A stretch of 64,000 nt of DNA from Mytilus californianus (GCF_021869535.1 NW_026262581.1:95976001-96040000); one strand, 5' to 3'; shown: positions 32,401-46,700, counted from the first letter of the stretch. The notes: a model not told the origin generated them from the sequence alone. A program made the numbers and translations.

Positions 32401-35400
32401 GACCAATGTAGTTAAACTTCAGGGACACCTAAGGGAAAAGTGAAGGAGACCAAAGGTGTGTATGATTAAGCATTCTTGTCTTAAAAATCCTTAAATAGAC
32501 CCTTAATTTGAAATATAGTCTCAGATACAGGAGATACAAGTATCTGGTTGATATGCTTGATTTGCAATCTTAATTGCTTTGGAGTTTAGTATTTTTGTTA
32601 TAACTCTATTAACATGTTAGAACAATTTTTCCCTGAAATTTTGTTCAATTTTTGTTTGTTAAACATTGAATTCCAAAGCATGTCTTAAATTTGTAAATCT
32701 TTAATACTAACAGTAAACTTGGTAGATTTTTTGTATGTTATTGGAGTTCAGAAATATCACATTCACACCTATTCCATGTTTTTAACAAAAGCGTTTCAAC
32801 GCTCCCTGACAATGCACATTTTTATGTGTCCAATGGTAATAACTCAAAAAAAGGTTAATTGGCGTTTTTTAAACTTTCAATAAATATCCTACAAAAACTA
32901 GAAATGTAGCATGAGATCACTAAAAATGTTATTTTCTTTATAATTTCTATTTCAAAGAGGCAAAACTCCTGTAAAAATAGTTTATTGGTTTTTGAACTCC
33001 TCCAAGACCTTCCTGGTATAAACCTTTGATACAATTTCCATAAAAATCCTACAAGAAATGAAGGTGTGAGAGTGCAATGATCAATATACAATACATTTAA
33101 AAGAGACATAATTATGGTAAATAATCTTGATCAGCACACAGTTTTCAAACATGTTCCAGACGTTGCTGATATTAACCTTTGATATAAATTATAACATCAT
33201 ACAGCTTCAAAAATTGATGTAGTTTGCATTTGCAAAAAAAAGTGGATTATCAAATGGTTTGATTAAAACAGATTAACTTTACTCACCTGCTACACATCTT
33301 ATCAGTTTTTCGTGCACAATCTAGACAGAATACATGCTTGCATGGAATCTACAAAACAGATCATTCTAAAAAACATTTATCTGCTTTTCTACCACAATCT
33401 ATGCAGAAAACCTGCTTGTATGGATTTATAAAACAAATTATTCTTACAAATGTTTATCTAGACAGAATACATACTTGTGACGTTTTAAGAAATTTACAGT
33501 TGGTATTGACATCTTATCTGTAAATATAATGCTTCTCAAAACATCTTTTAAAATGATGACGGTATCCATATTTATCATCCTACCTATAATAATGTTAATA
33601 GAACTAAAACACTGAACAAATTATTCTTTAAGTAAATTTCTAAAATCAATCAATAGCAAAGTGTGACTGACTAATTGAAAGTAATTCTATAAAACTGTTT
33701 TTTTTCCCAATGGTCTGACTATTTTAAATACTTTCTGGCCTCTTACATATACTGCCAATTCCAATTAAACTTTATAATGGGACTTATGAAACCTGTTACA
33801 TGTTAGGTGCACAGTGCAGGTTTTTTATTGAGTGTTTTTGTTTTGCAACATATGGTCTTGATAGGCAAAAGGGGGCAGGGGTTGTGGACAGATAAAACTG
33901 GTTTAACACCACCACATTTTATGCCTGTACCAAGTCAGGCTCTCTGGACCATGTCTTGTTTGTTGTTTGTTTTTTCAGAGGAGCCAGATGTTGGTGGTTG
34001 ATGTTGTCTGTTATACTGTCCTGTATTTTTGTCAATTCCCTAATTCATGTACTATTACAGAAACCCCAACAATTCTTAAAGTTTTCAAATCTTCATCATT
34101 ATCATAAACCAATTATCACTACACTGAAGTGTCATAATTATGATGAATAGTATCTAAACTGGGAATAACTCTGACCTGACAAATAGTGGAAATATATAAC
34201 TATTAATTTTAGTGGTTGGTTTCTATTAAAACTAGCCCTAATCAGTTACTAAATTAAAAAAATACCTTACCATCCTTCCATACAAAAGTATTGGGACATG
34301 ACAAAGTTCACAGCAGTGAATCAATGGATCCACTACTTTTTCTCCAATCAGGTTTACCTGAAAAAACAAATTCAACCATATCATTATATCCAATAGATAA
34401 TTTTAAGTTCTTGTGAACAAAAAATTAAAGGAACATAAAGGCCGTACGATGAACTATAGTTGTTAATTTCTAAGTCATTTGGTCTCTGGTGGAGAGTTGT
34501 TTCATTGGCAATCATACCACATCTTCATATTTTTATATTAAATCATTCATCTACATAATCATGATAATACTATTTATCAAATTAGCACAGAAAAGAGAGA
34601 CAAAAGACTAGAATGAATAAACTGCTTCGCCGAGCGCAGCTGGATACGACCTCAGATGTCCAACCCTGAACAGTAAGGGCAAAAATGGACACAATATTCA
34701 AGCTTGATAAGGTCTGAATTTGGATTGTAATTAAATATTTTACACATTATAGGTTTCTGACACAGAATAAATGTAGTCAAATAACTTGAAAATTGGTTAT
34801 ATGATTTGAATTTATATTCAGTTGAAGATTTCTTGCTGTTGTGCAATACCTAGTAAATCTGTTTTCAGACTATATACAAAGAATTAGCAAAATAAATTGT
34901 GACCCCCAATTTGTTTCTTTGGAAAATTGATAATTTCTTAAATCTTGAGGAAAAAAAATTGACCTCCCCCAAAAAAAAAATTTTTTTTTACCCCCTCCCC
35001 TCCAAAAAAAAATAATATTTGAAGAAATTTTCTTTTTAATTTCTCAAATCTTGAGGGAAAAAAATTGACCCCCCCAAAATAGTTTTTTTAACCCCCCTTC
35101 TCCAAAAAAATTAATAATATTTGAAGAAATTTTCTTTTTGTAAAATGTGGTACAATTTAAGAGACATCCGAACACAAGTTATTGTCTGAAAACTAAAAAA
35201 ATGCTTGTTTTGGCACCTTTTTGGCCCCTAATTCCTGAACAGTTTAGGCAATTACCCCCAAAATGAATCCCAACCTTCTACTTGTGGTATTGAACCTTGT
35301 GGTACAATTTCAGAGCAAACAAAATACTTCTACACAAGTTATTGTCCTGAAACTAGAATAAATTGCTTCGCCTGGCGCAGCTGGATACAACCGCAGAGGT

Positions 35401-38400
35401 CCAACCCTGGCCAGTTGGGGCAAAAATGGACACACTATTCGCGCTTGATACAGGTCTGAATTTGGATTGTAATTAAATATTTGACACTTAATAGGTTTCT
35501 GACACAGAATAACTGTAGTTAAAGAACTTAGAATTGGTTATATGATTTGAATTTATATTAAATTTTTTGCTTTTGTGCAATACACTATGCTGTTACCAAT
35601 AGACTATTTTCATATTACCTACTTTTGACTCGGGATTATATAATTTGTCGACTGGTTACCTTGGACATCATGGTACCAAGTCAGGTAAGAGCAAGCTAAA
35701 GAAGTAAAACCAAGCGTTCAATCGGTACAATTTTGGGGGAAAATTTTTGATATTTTTTAAACACTTAAGTGTCTACTTCAGTCGATTCATTAATTTTTTT
35801 GTAAAAGATTTTTAACTGATATGGTCATTAAAGACGCTGAAATTCAAGCTTAAGTATGAAAATCTATCAATTATGCCATAAAACGTCACTTTTCAGAAGT
35901 TTTTTCTCTATAATGAAAGTGGCCGCATTTGTGTTCAGTCTCAACCTTTATATATGTGATGTTATATCATCAAATACAACATATATCTAAATATCAAGAC
36001 TGAACACAAGTGCGGCCATTTTCAATTTAGACAAAAACCTCTAAAAAGTAGCACAAATGTTAAAATTGTGAAGATTTTAATAATTTTGCATGAATTAATG
36101 ATGCTAGTACCTGATGCATGTGCATTGTATTGTCAAAAACAACCAATATTTATGTAACGCATGTATTATGCTTTCCAATAAATAGCTAAAAGCTTAAACT
36201 TCAACAAATTTGTAAAAATGCTATATTTTGGGGCCAAAATGGGGTCTTACCGGGCCTACTCCTTTCATAGAAATCAATGAACTATACTCAAGTTATTGTC
36301 TGCGAACCAAAATGTCTTCAGATGCAGTAGCAGACAACACCATAACATAATACAAATGCAAATAAATTTGCGGTCATATAAAAATAAATATTGCAAAGAA
36401 CTAAATATTTTGTTTTCTGCAATTCTATGAACAGATAATTTTGAAATGACACTGATTTCTAAAAAGTTTAATTTCATGACTTCCCTAATTCAAGTATTCT
36501 CTATGTCTCCTCATACATATAATAACATGAATCCCATTTTCCTTTTAAAAAATAATAATTTTATGGTCAGGTAAAATTACTTTGCTATTCCACTTCAGAT
36601 GACCATTCTGGTGCAATGGTTCTCCTGGTCCTTGTTTAAATATTGGAGGTTCTATTAGGTCATCTTCTCCTGAAATAACAATGATATGTACATTATTCTA
36701 GTGTTGTGATTCCATATGTGTTGGTCTGTGGCTTAAAATTAGAGGATATGTCTGCTCTTATCTTCATAAACATAAATATATAGTATTTATCTATACAAAA
36801 TATTTTACATAAATACTTAATTTTAAACAGTTTAAACAATTCAGGTGAATCTGTTTAATGTACAATGTAGTACAAGTTGTTCATATACAATATAAAAAAG
36901 GTTTATATAATATTCAGACCATGTAAGTATAATAACCCTAAACTAGATGTGTCAGAACGACATGTATAGCCCTGATCAAAAAAAAAACCTTGAAGCCATT
37001 TATAGGAGTGGAAATTTTCAAAGTTCAAAGCCAGAAATTTTGGCAAAAATCAGCAGATCAGAACCAAACGTAGACTTGATCTGCAACTCTTCATAGTAGA
37101 CTCATAAAATAAAAATCAGCTCAATATGTGAAGGCATTTATAAAAAAAAGTCTGTTTAACTGTTACTTTCATGAAATTTTCAAAGTACAAAGCCCATTTT
37201 TTTGGCAAAAATCAGTGGAGCTGAACCAAACGTAAACTCAATCTGTAACTTGTCATAGTAGACTCACATACTAAAATCCATCTCAATAGGTGAAGGCATT
37301 TAGAATAAACTGCTTCGCTGAGCGCAGCTGGATACGCCCACAGAGGTCCAACCCTGAACAGTTGGGGCAAAAATGGACACAATATTCAAGCTTGATACAG
37401 GTCTGAATTTGGATTGTAATTAAATATTTGACATATTATAGGTTTTTGAATAAATGTAGTCAAAGAACTTGAAATTGGTTATATGAATTGAATTTATATT
37501 CAATTAAAGATTTCTTGCTGTTGTGCAATACACTGTGCTGTTGCACAATGCTTAGTAAATCTGTTGTCAGACTATAAACAAATGAAATCTTATAACTCAG
37601 AAGCCTAAATTCGAAAATTTATAAAAATCAAAAGGGAGCTTACAAAAATAGATATAAACAATTGACCAAAGTTTCATAAAAAATGCTGAAAGCATTTTTG
37701 AGTTATTTTCCGAAAACTGGAAAATCCCCCTTTTTGTAATGAATAAAACCCCATAAATCGGAAACATATAGTCTAAAATTTATACAAATCAAAAGGGAGC
37801 TCATGTCGATAGAAATAAACAATTCATCAAAGTTTCTTGCAAATTGTTGAAATTGTTTTTGAGTTATTGTCTGAAAACTGGAAAATCCCCCCTTTTTTAA
37901 TGAATAAAACCCCAAAACTCGCAAACGGTAAATCCGAAATTTATAAAAAACGAAAGGGAGCTCACGTCAATAGATATAAACAATTAACCAAAGTTTCATG
38001 CATTCTGGGTAAAGCGTTTTTGAATTAATGTCCGACATGTTGACGACGGACGGACGGACAGACGGACGGACGGTCAACGGTATACCATAATACGTCCCGT
38101 AAACGGGCGTATAAAAAAAGGCTGTATAACAGTTATTTTCACAAAATTTTCAAAGGCTTTGACATGTTATATTGAGGGCCTCAGGGAAGATAAGTGTTAT
38201 AGCTTACTGTGTTACCCTCTTTAAATAAATAAATCATTATTATTATATGTGAACATGTTGAACAATTCTATGGATTTCAACTGATTAGGCAAGCAGAATA
38301 TGGAGTCTTTTAATAATTCTAATTGTTTTCCCTGATATTTATTGGATACTATTTTACGTTGAAAGGAATTTTTGGTAGCTTTGGTCAATAAACACTAAAT

Positions 38401-41400
38401 TCCTTACACAGATTTCTTTGGAACTGTATAAGAATATGAAGAACAAATTTTAATTGCTATCACTGTGCTAGAGTGTTTTCTCAGGGTTTTTCTAAATGGA
38501 GGTTGGTGACAACTTCCAGGTGTCAACTTTATTCAAGGACAGTATTGTGCTGTGTAATGTGGTAAAATGAAATACCCACCAAATTCTTCTTTTTCTTCCA
38601 CAACTTGGACCTTTTTCTGTTTAGGTGGTGCTGATGTTTTCCTGGGACGACCTCTTGGTCTTGATGGCTGCTTTAGTTTTATTGCTATATTTTTCTTCAC
38701 ACTCCTTCCTCCAAGACCAGTACAACTGTCTCCTTCTGAGTCAAGTTCTAATTCTAAAATAAAGAATATTGTGTGTTAAATTAATTGGTGGTATTTGGTC
38801 TACTGGTGTCTGAACTTTCACTATACCAAACATATTTTTGGGAAAATACTATGTACAAGGTGCTTTAGTTAAAATTCACTCTTGTTGGTGTAGAGTGAAT
38901 CACTGTAAAATACATGAAATAGGAGGATTGCTGGTAATGTAATATTTACATTTATACAGTATGCAGCGTTCTGCCCAGGGTGCATTTTTGCATATTTCAG
39001 GCATCTTTTTTTTTAATACGGTAGAAAAATCAATAAAATTTAAAAAAAAAAAAAAAACAAATCGGGAAAACTTCCCAAAATTTTATTCTACTAATGAACT
39101 CAAAATCTTTAACTTTTTTATTTTCAGATTTTTTTGTTATCCCGCATTTGCGCAGAAATCTACTTCCTTTTTCCGGTCTCGTTTGCATGAGTCTTTGAGT
39201 AAAATAAATATTTATCAGTCTAGTAAAATATAGGAAGGAACGCAATACCAATTTCATTTTTTAATAATTCCTTGAATGGCTTGATATGAAAAACCGTTAC
39301 CTGATGATAGCGTTTCTTTGTTTACATTGAATATGACGTCATAACATAAATAACGTAACAACTAAAATCCCTAACAACAGAACAGAAATCAGAAACGTTA
39401 CGGTATTTCCGTTTCTTTTTTAACAGATTTTGAAGTTAAAATATGTTTGAATTACAAAAAATAATTCATACAGAGTTCGTCCCCTTTCACAGGTAATGCC
39501 TGCCTCATATTTTTAAGGTATTATTTTTGGGGAGGGGGTTTGGGGCAAATTAAAATCAAAAGAAATAAACTTAAGGTAGCTGTTGTTGTCTTACTACATC
39601 TTAGATTTTGAAATTTATCAAACAGAAGATAACTATAATTTGGTCTACAGCGTCAATGAAATGACAAATGTGCAAATTTCGAAAGTAGTATGTATCCTCG
39701 ATGATTGGAAGTTCGTTACCCTAACTCGAAACGGAAGAAAAAAATCTCAACCTTTGAGCAAATATTATCCACTGTGGATGTAAATATTCTTTACTTATTT
39801 GCAAATAGTCTGATACATTTTATTGATGATTAGCTTCAGAAACATGGTCAATCTTTCTATGTTTCGTATTGTGACCCGATTCCGTAAAATAAGTAGACAT
39901 GCTTGTAAGTTCGTGACCTTTGTCTTTGACAGTGGCTTTTGCGCATGTGCAACACTATATAGGTCAGGCCTATTGTATTACGTATTTGAACATTACAGAA
40001 TAAATTTGAGATCAAATAACAAACGAATATCTCGAAAAAAAAGGAGAAATTTGGACATACTAACTTTTTATTCTCCCTACAAAGATTATTCTAATTTTTA
40101 CACGTGACTTCAATGGTTAATTGGAAAGTCCAGATTAAACACTTTAACCACGTTTAAGATAACTATAACGATGTCACAATGTCATTAATGCATCAAAGTA
40201 TTTTTTCAATCAATTTGCATTCAATGGCATACACTACGCACAGAGAGTTTGTAATCACGAACCCTTATCATGGATATCGGAGTGTAGCGGTGTCACACCG
40301 CGAATCACGGATTATACTCCCAATTTCCTCCAAAGATTCTCTCCCAACACCGTGTGGCTGTTAATTGGTTTATTGCCCATCAGATGTACTGAAAATTACT
40401 GACGCGTGACATTATTCTTGTATGTATTTGCCCCATGTCATTGTCATTTGAAATAAAACGTACAAACGTATAAAAATACGAATAAAACACTTATTTTGTA
40501 TTTTTATTATAGTCCGGTCAGGTCATAATTTTTGTTTTTTCAACAAAGACGATTTTACTACAATTAGAATCTTTTATGACCTACTCAGTGAGCAATATCC
40601 GGTTCATTAATTGTTCAATATATAAATATCAACTGGCTTAAAACAAAATGATGTTTTTACGGTCATTTGTCCAATCTAAACCCAAGAGTTAATTTATCGG
40701 ATCAACAAGTGAACTCTGTTACTTTCAATTTATTTTGCAAAGTAAAATATTATGTTTCACTACCTCGGTAGATTACCGACTTGAAATATTTGAACTCAGA
40801 AAAGAAACTGTAAAGTGACAATTCTGTTGAACGAAGGGAAAACGTTTTGTATGCAATGTGCCCTATATTCATAAAAACACAACACTGAGAGACATTCCCC
40901 GCCCAGACACAACACAATAATCACAACCTAATTTAATTATATGAAGAAAAAAAAATCATGTGTTGTTTATCTCTGTTATGATCTGTTATTGATCCTTTAT
41001 TATTTAAAATAAAATTGGATGGGCGCAATCTGTATTTTACTGCTCGTTAAAAGTCCTTAGCGAAATAAAAAAAAGAAGTATTTCAACAATTAATACTATA
41101 GAATATTTAAATGAAATTATATCGTGTTCTACAAGAAAGAAATATGTGAAAAAAATGTGGATCGGATTTTAACGATCTACACATTTTCACAGAGGATCTC
41201 TACCAACGCCCAACAGGAACTGAACGACATGCATCCTGTTTTCATCTACCATTTATGTATATTGTTGACCATGGACGAATAAATAATGTCCAGGTTTATG
41301 TCCTGTGTTGACTGAGAAACATAAAATTAAAAGGCTGGTGTTCGTTTATTCAGAAAAGGATTATATTTTAGATTCCGGTTAATCAATTGTAAAAGGACCT

Positions 41401-43433
41401 TCTAGAGCCTCAATCTTAAGGCATACAAATGTCAATCATTCCAAAGCAAATTTAAACCCCGAATGAATTTTCCCAGGGTCATCCAGAAAGGTCACCTGAG
41501 TTTACTGTTACGTGATAATATTTCCCGCCAAATAAAAATCTCGTGGACAAAATTGATGTCACTGTTTTTAGCATTCAATATTGTGAGCGAAGTCAAGTTC
41601 AAAGTTCAACCACGGACTGTTGATCACTGAGATGTGTATCGTCTTCCCACGGTAATTAATTTCTTTTAAAAATTTTTAAAATCAGTCCTTTATACAACAC
41701 ACAAGTTTACATTCATTGTGCGTAAATGAATATTATGCAACGACGAGTTGATGCAGCTATAGAAGTATTCCTGTTGTAGCCGAAATGTAATTATTTATCC
41801 TAAAGTAATGCCGTAGACTTATCAAGCATAACGAATGGTGAATAGTATTTTCTTTTTTACTTGCATATACAAATTTTGAGAAACGTAATTTTCTTTAAAC
41901 TGCTCACTTTTATATTCAGCGTTAGTTTCCGTTTATTTTTACGCAAGTATGTCTCTTTTCGAAAATAAAATAATTTACCGATGAACTTAAACAAGGTCAA
42001 AATCAAGTATATTTTTGTTATAAAACTTTAATGCAATTGAAAGAATTAACAACAGCATTCTGCTTTTAAATCTTTAATTTGTTTCAAGCAATTATGTAAT
42101 CGTAAAATGAAATTGGCGTGGACTTATTAGCATAACGAATAGTGAATAATATTTTCTTTTTTACTTGTATACAAAACTTTGAGACATGCTATTTTCCTTT
42201 AAACTGCCCACATTTATCCGTTTATTTTTACACAAGTATATCTCTTTTGTAAATTAAATATTAATTTACTGACCAGAAAAAAAACGAGGTAAAAATCAAA
42301 TATAGTTTTTTTTTAATAAAACTATTTTTAAATGCACAGTGTAATTGAAAGAATTAACAACAACTTTTTTACTTTTAAATCTTTTATTTGTTTCAAGCAA
42401 TCAGAAATATAACCTGATTATCAATAGACAGGAAATACAATTGTTTAATTACATAAGTAATCTCACATACCTTGACTATCGCATGCCGGTATAGATCAGA
42501 AGTATTAGGGCAATTAATTACCTGGTGTGACACCGCATCACACCTGACTGGGAGAGATGTCGCTAATACAATAAACAAAAGGTAGCGATTTACGCGGAAG
42601 CCGGAGGAAATACTCCCAAATTTCTAAAAATTATTCACGAAATTTGTACTGTAGGATTAAATTACATTTACGAGCCTATATTCGGCAGGTTTTGTTTTCA
42701 TCAAAATATATTAAATCATTTTCTGATCTTACAAAAATCCACTCACATACAGACTTTAAAAAATAATACTCTTGGCCTTAAAAAAGGAATAAGAGGCCAC
42801 ATAACCTAAAAATTGATGATGACTCATTGTTGAGATGTCAATAACATTACTGAAAGGATTTTTCCCAAGAATTCAACGAAATTCTAAGAGAGGAATAAAA
42901 CAGTAGTAGTGGAAATAGACGTTTAAACAAAAAATATGCTAGAACATACACAACTTCTCTTTTTCAAGCCGATATTAGTGAAAATGCAATGAAAAATATT
43001 CAGTGAAGTTTTTTGAGGTAGCATGTTGCCGATGATAAATACGTTTGAATGACGTCACGAATAAAGTGGAAATCCCCAAATGTCACGAACTTGCAATCAT
43101 CGACGATAATTCATGAGCCAAGGATAGGACTTTAAAATTCGATAATTTATCTATCTCGATTGGATAAAATCCGATAATCAACTGGACCCAATGTAAGAAT
43201 CTATATTTATCAATAGTTTGTAATATATATTTTAAAATCTCATAAATTATTTCGACCAGGTTTTTACTACAATTTGTTGTTTTTTTGTTTAAATGGGCCT
43301 AATGTTATTCTTGTCATAGGAAATTTTCAGAGTATCATGTCATAAAATTTCTGGCAATCTCTTTAATGCTGCATCGCTTTTTTTTAATATTCCAGCTCTA
43401 GTTTAGAGTGCATGCATTACCTTCATCCGCCAT
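29477..43433 (-). CDS. CBLL1: E3 ubiquitin ligase Hakai (m6A writer-associated complex subunit), 479 aa, 6 coding exons
   Basis: Exons 43433-43421, 38753-38580, 36669-36581, 34357-34271, 33348-33287 and 30491-29477, all GT-AG and phase-consistent (1440 nt). [32 protein letters not shown]...[14 protein letters not shown] motif [20 protein letters not shown], Pro/Gln-rich tail. Confidence 0.95.
31135..32325 (-). mobile_element. Three short copies of a HINE family with ~160-bp core repeat (about 31135-31395, 31398-31645, 32021-32325)
   Basis: Shared GGGTAAAACTTAATGCCCC terminus, (GGAC) microsatellite and core matching 54087-55250 in reverse. Boundaries approximate. Confidence 0.7.
34430..34535 (+). 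mobile_element. Fragment of the Penelope-associated terminal repeat
   Basis: Reverse complement of 8385-8475 (GGAGAGTTGT.TCATTGGCAATCATACCACATCTT). Further fragments at about 44900-45300 and 53915-54000. Confidence 0.7.
34617..35600 (-). mobile_element. Two partial HINE copies (family of 13008/61785); a third at about 37306-37560
   Basis: Both begin on the + strand with AATAAA(C/T)TGCTTCGCC...GCAGCTGGATAC, the reverse complement of the 3' hairpin and subTIR. The first includes the array core. Confidence 0.75.
36945..38116 (-). mobile_element. Cluster of further HINE/pearl-like elements with ~160-bp repeats and an (ACGG)n microsatellite
   Basis: Terminus ATACGTCCCGTAAACGGGCGTATAAAAAAA, (GGAC)n at 38045-38075, tandem units at about 37015-37305 and 37600-38030. 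Confidence 0.65.
41810..42400. repeat. Diverged ~305-bp tandem duplication in Hakai intron 1
   Basis: GACTTAT..GCATAACGAAT.GTGAATA...TTTCAAGCAAT recurs at about 41810-42092 and 42115-42400. Confidence 0.75.
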
Positions 43434-43600
43434 TTTCCTTAATAAACCGAAAGTAGAAACAGACAAGCTTTTCTATTGGCTTATTAAATTTGGAACTTTA
43501 ACGAGAACTTTGATTCGCTATTAAAGCTATATGCATGCAGTTGTTGGGTTCTGTAATCAGCTGAAAAATAAAATTTATTAAATGTTCCAAAACTGGACGA
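43427..43600. promoter_or_regulatory. Probable compact bidirectional promoter between Hakai and USP19
   Basis: Divergent coding starts 150-290 bp apart. The YY1-like CCGCCATTTT (43427-43436) overlaps the Hakai start codon. Confidence 0.6.
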
Positions 43601-43721
43601 TACAATTTTAGACGATACCTCCAAAATAGAGCAAAGTCCAAAGAAGAGAAAGCACACAGGCGAAGTGTGCGAAGAACAACACAAGAGACAAAAGACACTT
43701 GATGTCAATGAGACAAAAGAA

Positions 43722-46700
43722 ATGTCAACAAAGATGAGAGAAATGTCTGATGAAAAGCAAGGTTCAACAGCCAGAGCAAATTTTAAAAGTACATCTCATT
43801 CTCTTGCACTTATTAAACAACCATTCACTTATAAAATAATAGGGTTAAATCTGCACATATAACTTTTCTATAAAAATGTCTATGTCATATCAACATCAAT
43901 GATTGGATATTTAGGAGCTACATGAATATCTTTGAGATTTATCAGCACCTGGCAGTCGAACTGCAGATCTTTGCCTGTGCTGATTTCTTGTTTTGTGAAA
44001 AAACAAATATATATACAATGTATATATCCTCAGTTATGACACACCTGTATCCAGGACAACTCTGAAAACAGACTCTTTAGTGATCCTTTTAATCAGCATG
44101 ACTTTAACACATGAAAATATGAATACTAAAAATCCAGGCTAAAAATAAAGCATAGGTACTTCATTGTTGTGGGTGTGTTCTAGTATAGTATAGTACTATA
44201 TACATGTGATATATGTCTCTGCATACACAACTGTACAAGCCGATTCTTCTATATTGATTCATTATTGTATTACTGGGCTGGTGAGACTTGGGCCAAATCA
44301 ACTTGGACCCTGAATGACGTAATACCTAACCTTTGAACATGTTGAAAGAGGATGAAGTCGGTATAAATTATTATTTAAACACTGATTTTTGCAAGATACA
44401 GTAAAATAGACAAGGCCATCAATTATTTTACATTTTAGAAATTATGACATTAAAAAATACCAAAAATCACAATCATTTAAAAAAAACAAGATAAATTGAT
44501 GTGATAATCACGTTTTGACCATTGAAGAAGAGATCAAGCGAACCACACCTTGATTCTTAATGAAAATAAACTGGTCAGGGAAAGTACCAATTGGCTAAGA
44601 ATAAAAGAAAGTAGAATCCGCTGATACACTCTTTCAGAATAGTTTGTCATGGTTAAACTTATTTTTTGTGCAAATGAAAGGGGGCATATCAATGAAATTT
44701 TATTTTTACATTTACAAGGTGATAACCACTTAAGGCCTAGGGCAAAGTAGTAAGTAAAAGTAAAGGATTCTTTTATATTCTCATTCATGATGAATTTACC
44801 ATGTATTTATACATTTTAAATTTTTTTTTGAAAAAACACTCACCAATGTTGTACATAACTTTATTTTCTTAGCTTTTGTTTGTTTGTTTGTTTTTGATAG
44901 GAAATATAAAGTTAGGAGATGTGGAATGATTGCCAATGAGACAACCAACCAACTGAGTCCAAATGAAGGGATTTTAGCAACTAAATGTTTTTGTACAGCC
45001 TTCAACAATAAGGAAAACCCATACCCTATAGACACCTATAAACAACCCTGACATGGCAAAATTCAAAACAAAAAAACAACTGCATTATTGACAAAACAAT
45101 AAATGACAAACAAATATGACAATTTTTATGATAGACAGTAACCAACAACAACCACTGAATTACAGACTCCTGACTTTCCGACAAGCACATACAGAATGTG
45201 AGCACTCAACCTTTCCCTGACCTATGACAGTGGTGTTACAGCAAGAACAAACTGTAAGAATCAATTGAATATGGCTTTACTCATCAGATGATGCATGAAG
45301 CAGAAAAACAACTTACTTAAAGACAAAAGACACAAAGTGATGATCTAAGCTTTCAAAGGCAATAACAATCAATAGATAAGTTTGTTCTCCCAGAGTAAAA
45401 AAGAATGGTATTGCTAAATGACCACAGGTTAAGCTTAGCTGCATTTTAAGGATTTTTGATAATGTTGATATATTACATTTCATTCTTTATTACTATATAT
45501 TTTGATATGGTACAGATACCTTTATTAAAGTAAATTTTCATTTTAGTATCAAATTTACTTTCATAGAACTTTCCTATACCTGGAAGCAGTCAGAAGATGA
45601 ACTTATTATGGTATTTGATGAAGAAGGTTTAACACCAAATCAGAAAGATTTGGATATATCTTTTGGTGATCAGTATGTCCTCATAAAGTTTCCAGGTATG
45701 ATATTGTCTATTTTTTTTCTTTTCAACACTTGTATACCAAAATACTACTGGCATAGTACATTGTATTCAGAGCCCAACAAACATCTGATTTTTTGAGACA
45801 AGTAAAATATTTTCATTTTATTAAAACTATCATGACTATAGAAAAGTTTTCAAAATTATTTTGAGATATTATTTCAAGTAAAAAACACCCATGATGAGGA
45901 TGAAAACAACAAATTCAAGTAAAAGACATTAATGGTCAAGACGAGAACAACAGTTTTAATCAGAAATAGATCGATAAACAAACAGTAAAAATTAAGTAAG
46001 CGTACCTATGTTTCATAAACATCAATGATAACTTTGTTCATTGACCTTGGATTGTCAATCTAGTTTTGAAAATGAGACACCAGAGTGTTGATTATAATGA
46101 ATGAAAACAAAACAGACGAATGAGATGAATAAACATCCCTAAACAGGGAAAACCTTATAAAAAAAATATAAATTTTGAGGCAAGAAACTGAAATCACAGG
46201 TGGAGGACAAAAAATATGAAAAAAACATAAAGGAGAGAATTTCAAAATTCTATGGTGTTCTGATTTCCCCAGGGTATCTATGGTAAATTATTCATTTTTG
46301 TCTAATTTGTTCAAAACACCCACAATTGGCTGACTAAAAGTATGGTTTATTGTGTGAAACTAATAATTCTATTATTAATCTCTTGATGTTTACAGTAAAT
46401 GACTTCTTTCAAGATTTATTTGGAAAGACAGGGCAAGTAACTTTTCTTCGGAACTAGTACTTGTCTGGTGACAAGTGCTCACAATGAATATTTCCACACC
46501 CCTGTGCAAATCCCTCAGGAATTGATCATGCTTTACTTTTGATTATGAGACTGTGTAAAATATGAACCGAAGATTCCAAGTAATTCCCAAGTGTCTCATA
46601 TAATAAGTTACATGCCTGTAATAACCAAGCCTTGTTATTACAGTTTAGTTTATCCCTTAAAAGCTTTGTCTCATTGATTTACCATGGTTGATCAAAAATG

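Noticed and set aside
35620-36265. Possible Kolobok-like DNA transposon ending GGGCCTACTCCTTT
   Set aside because: No matching opposite terminus or TSD was found.
44339-44360. Alternative USP19 first exon ATG TTG AAA GAG GAT GAA GTC G|GTATAA
   Set aside because: The phase fits, but the donor is weak and there is no supporting homology. It cannot be resolved without RNA data.
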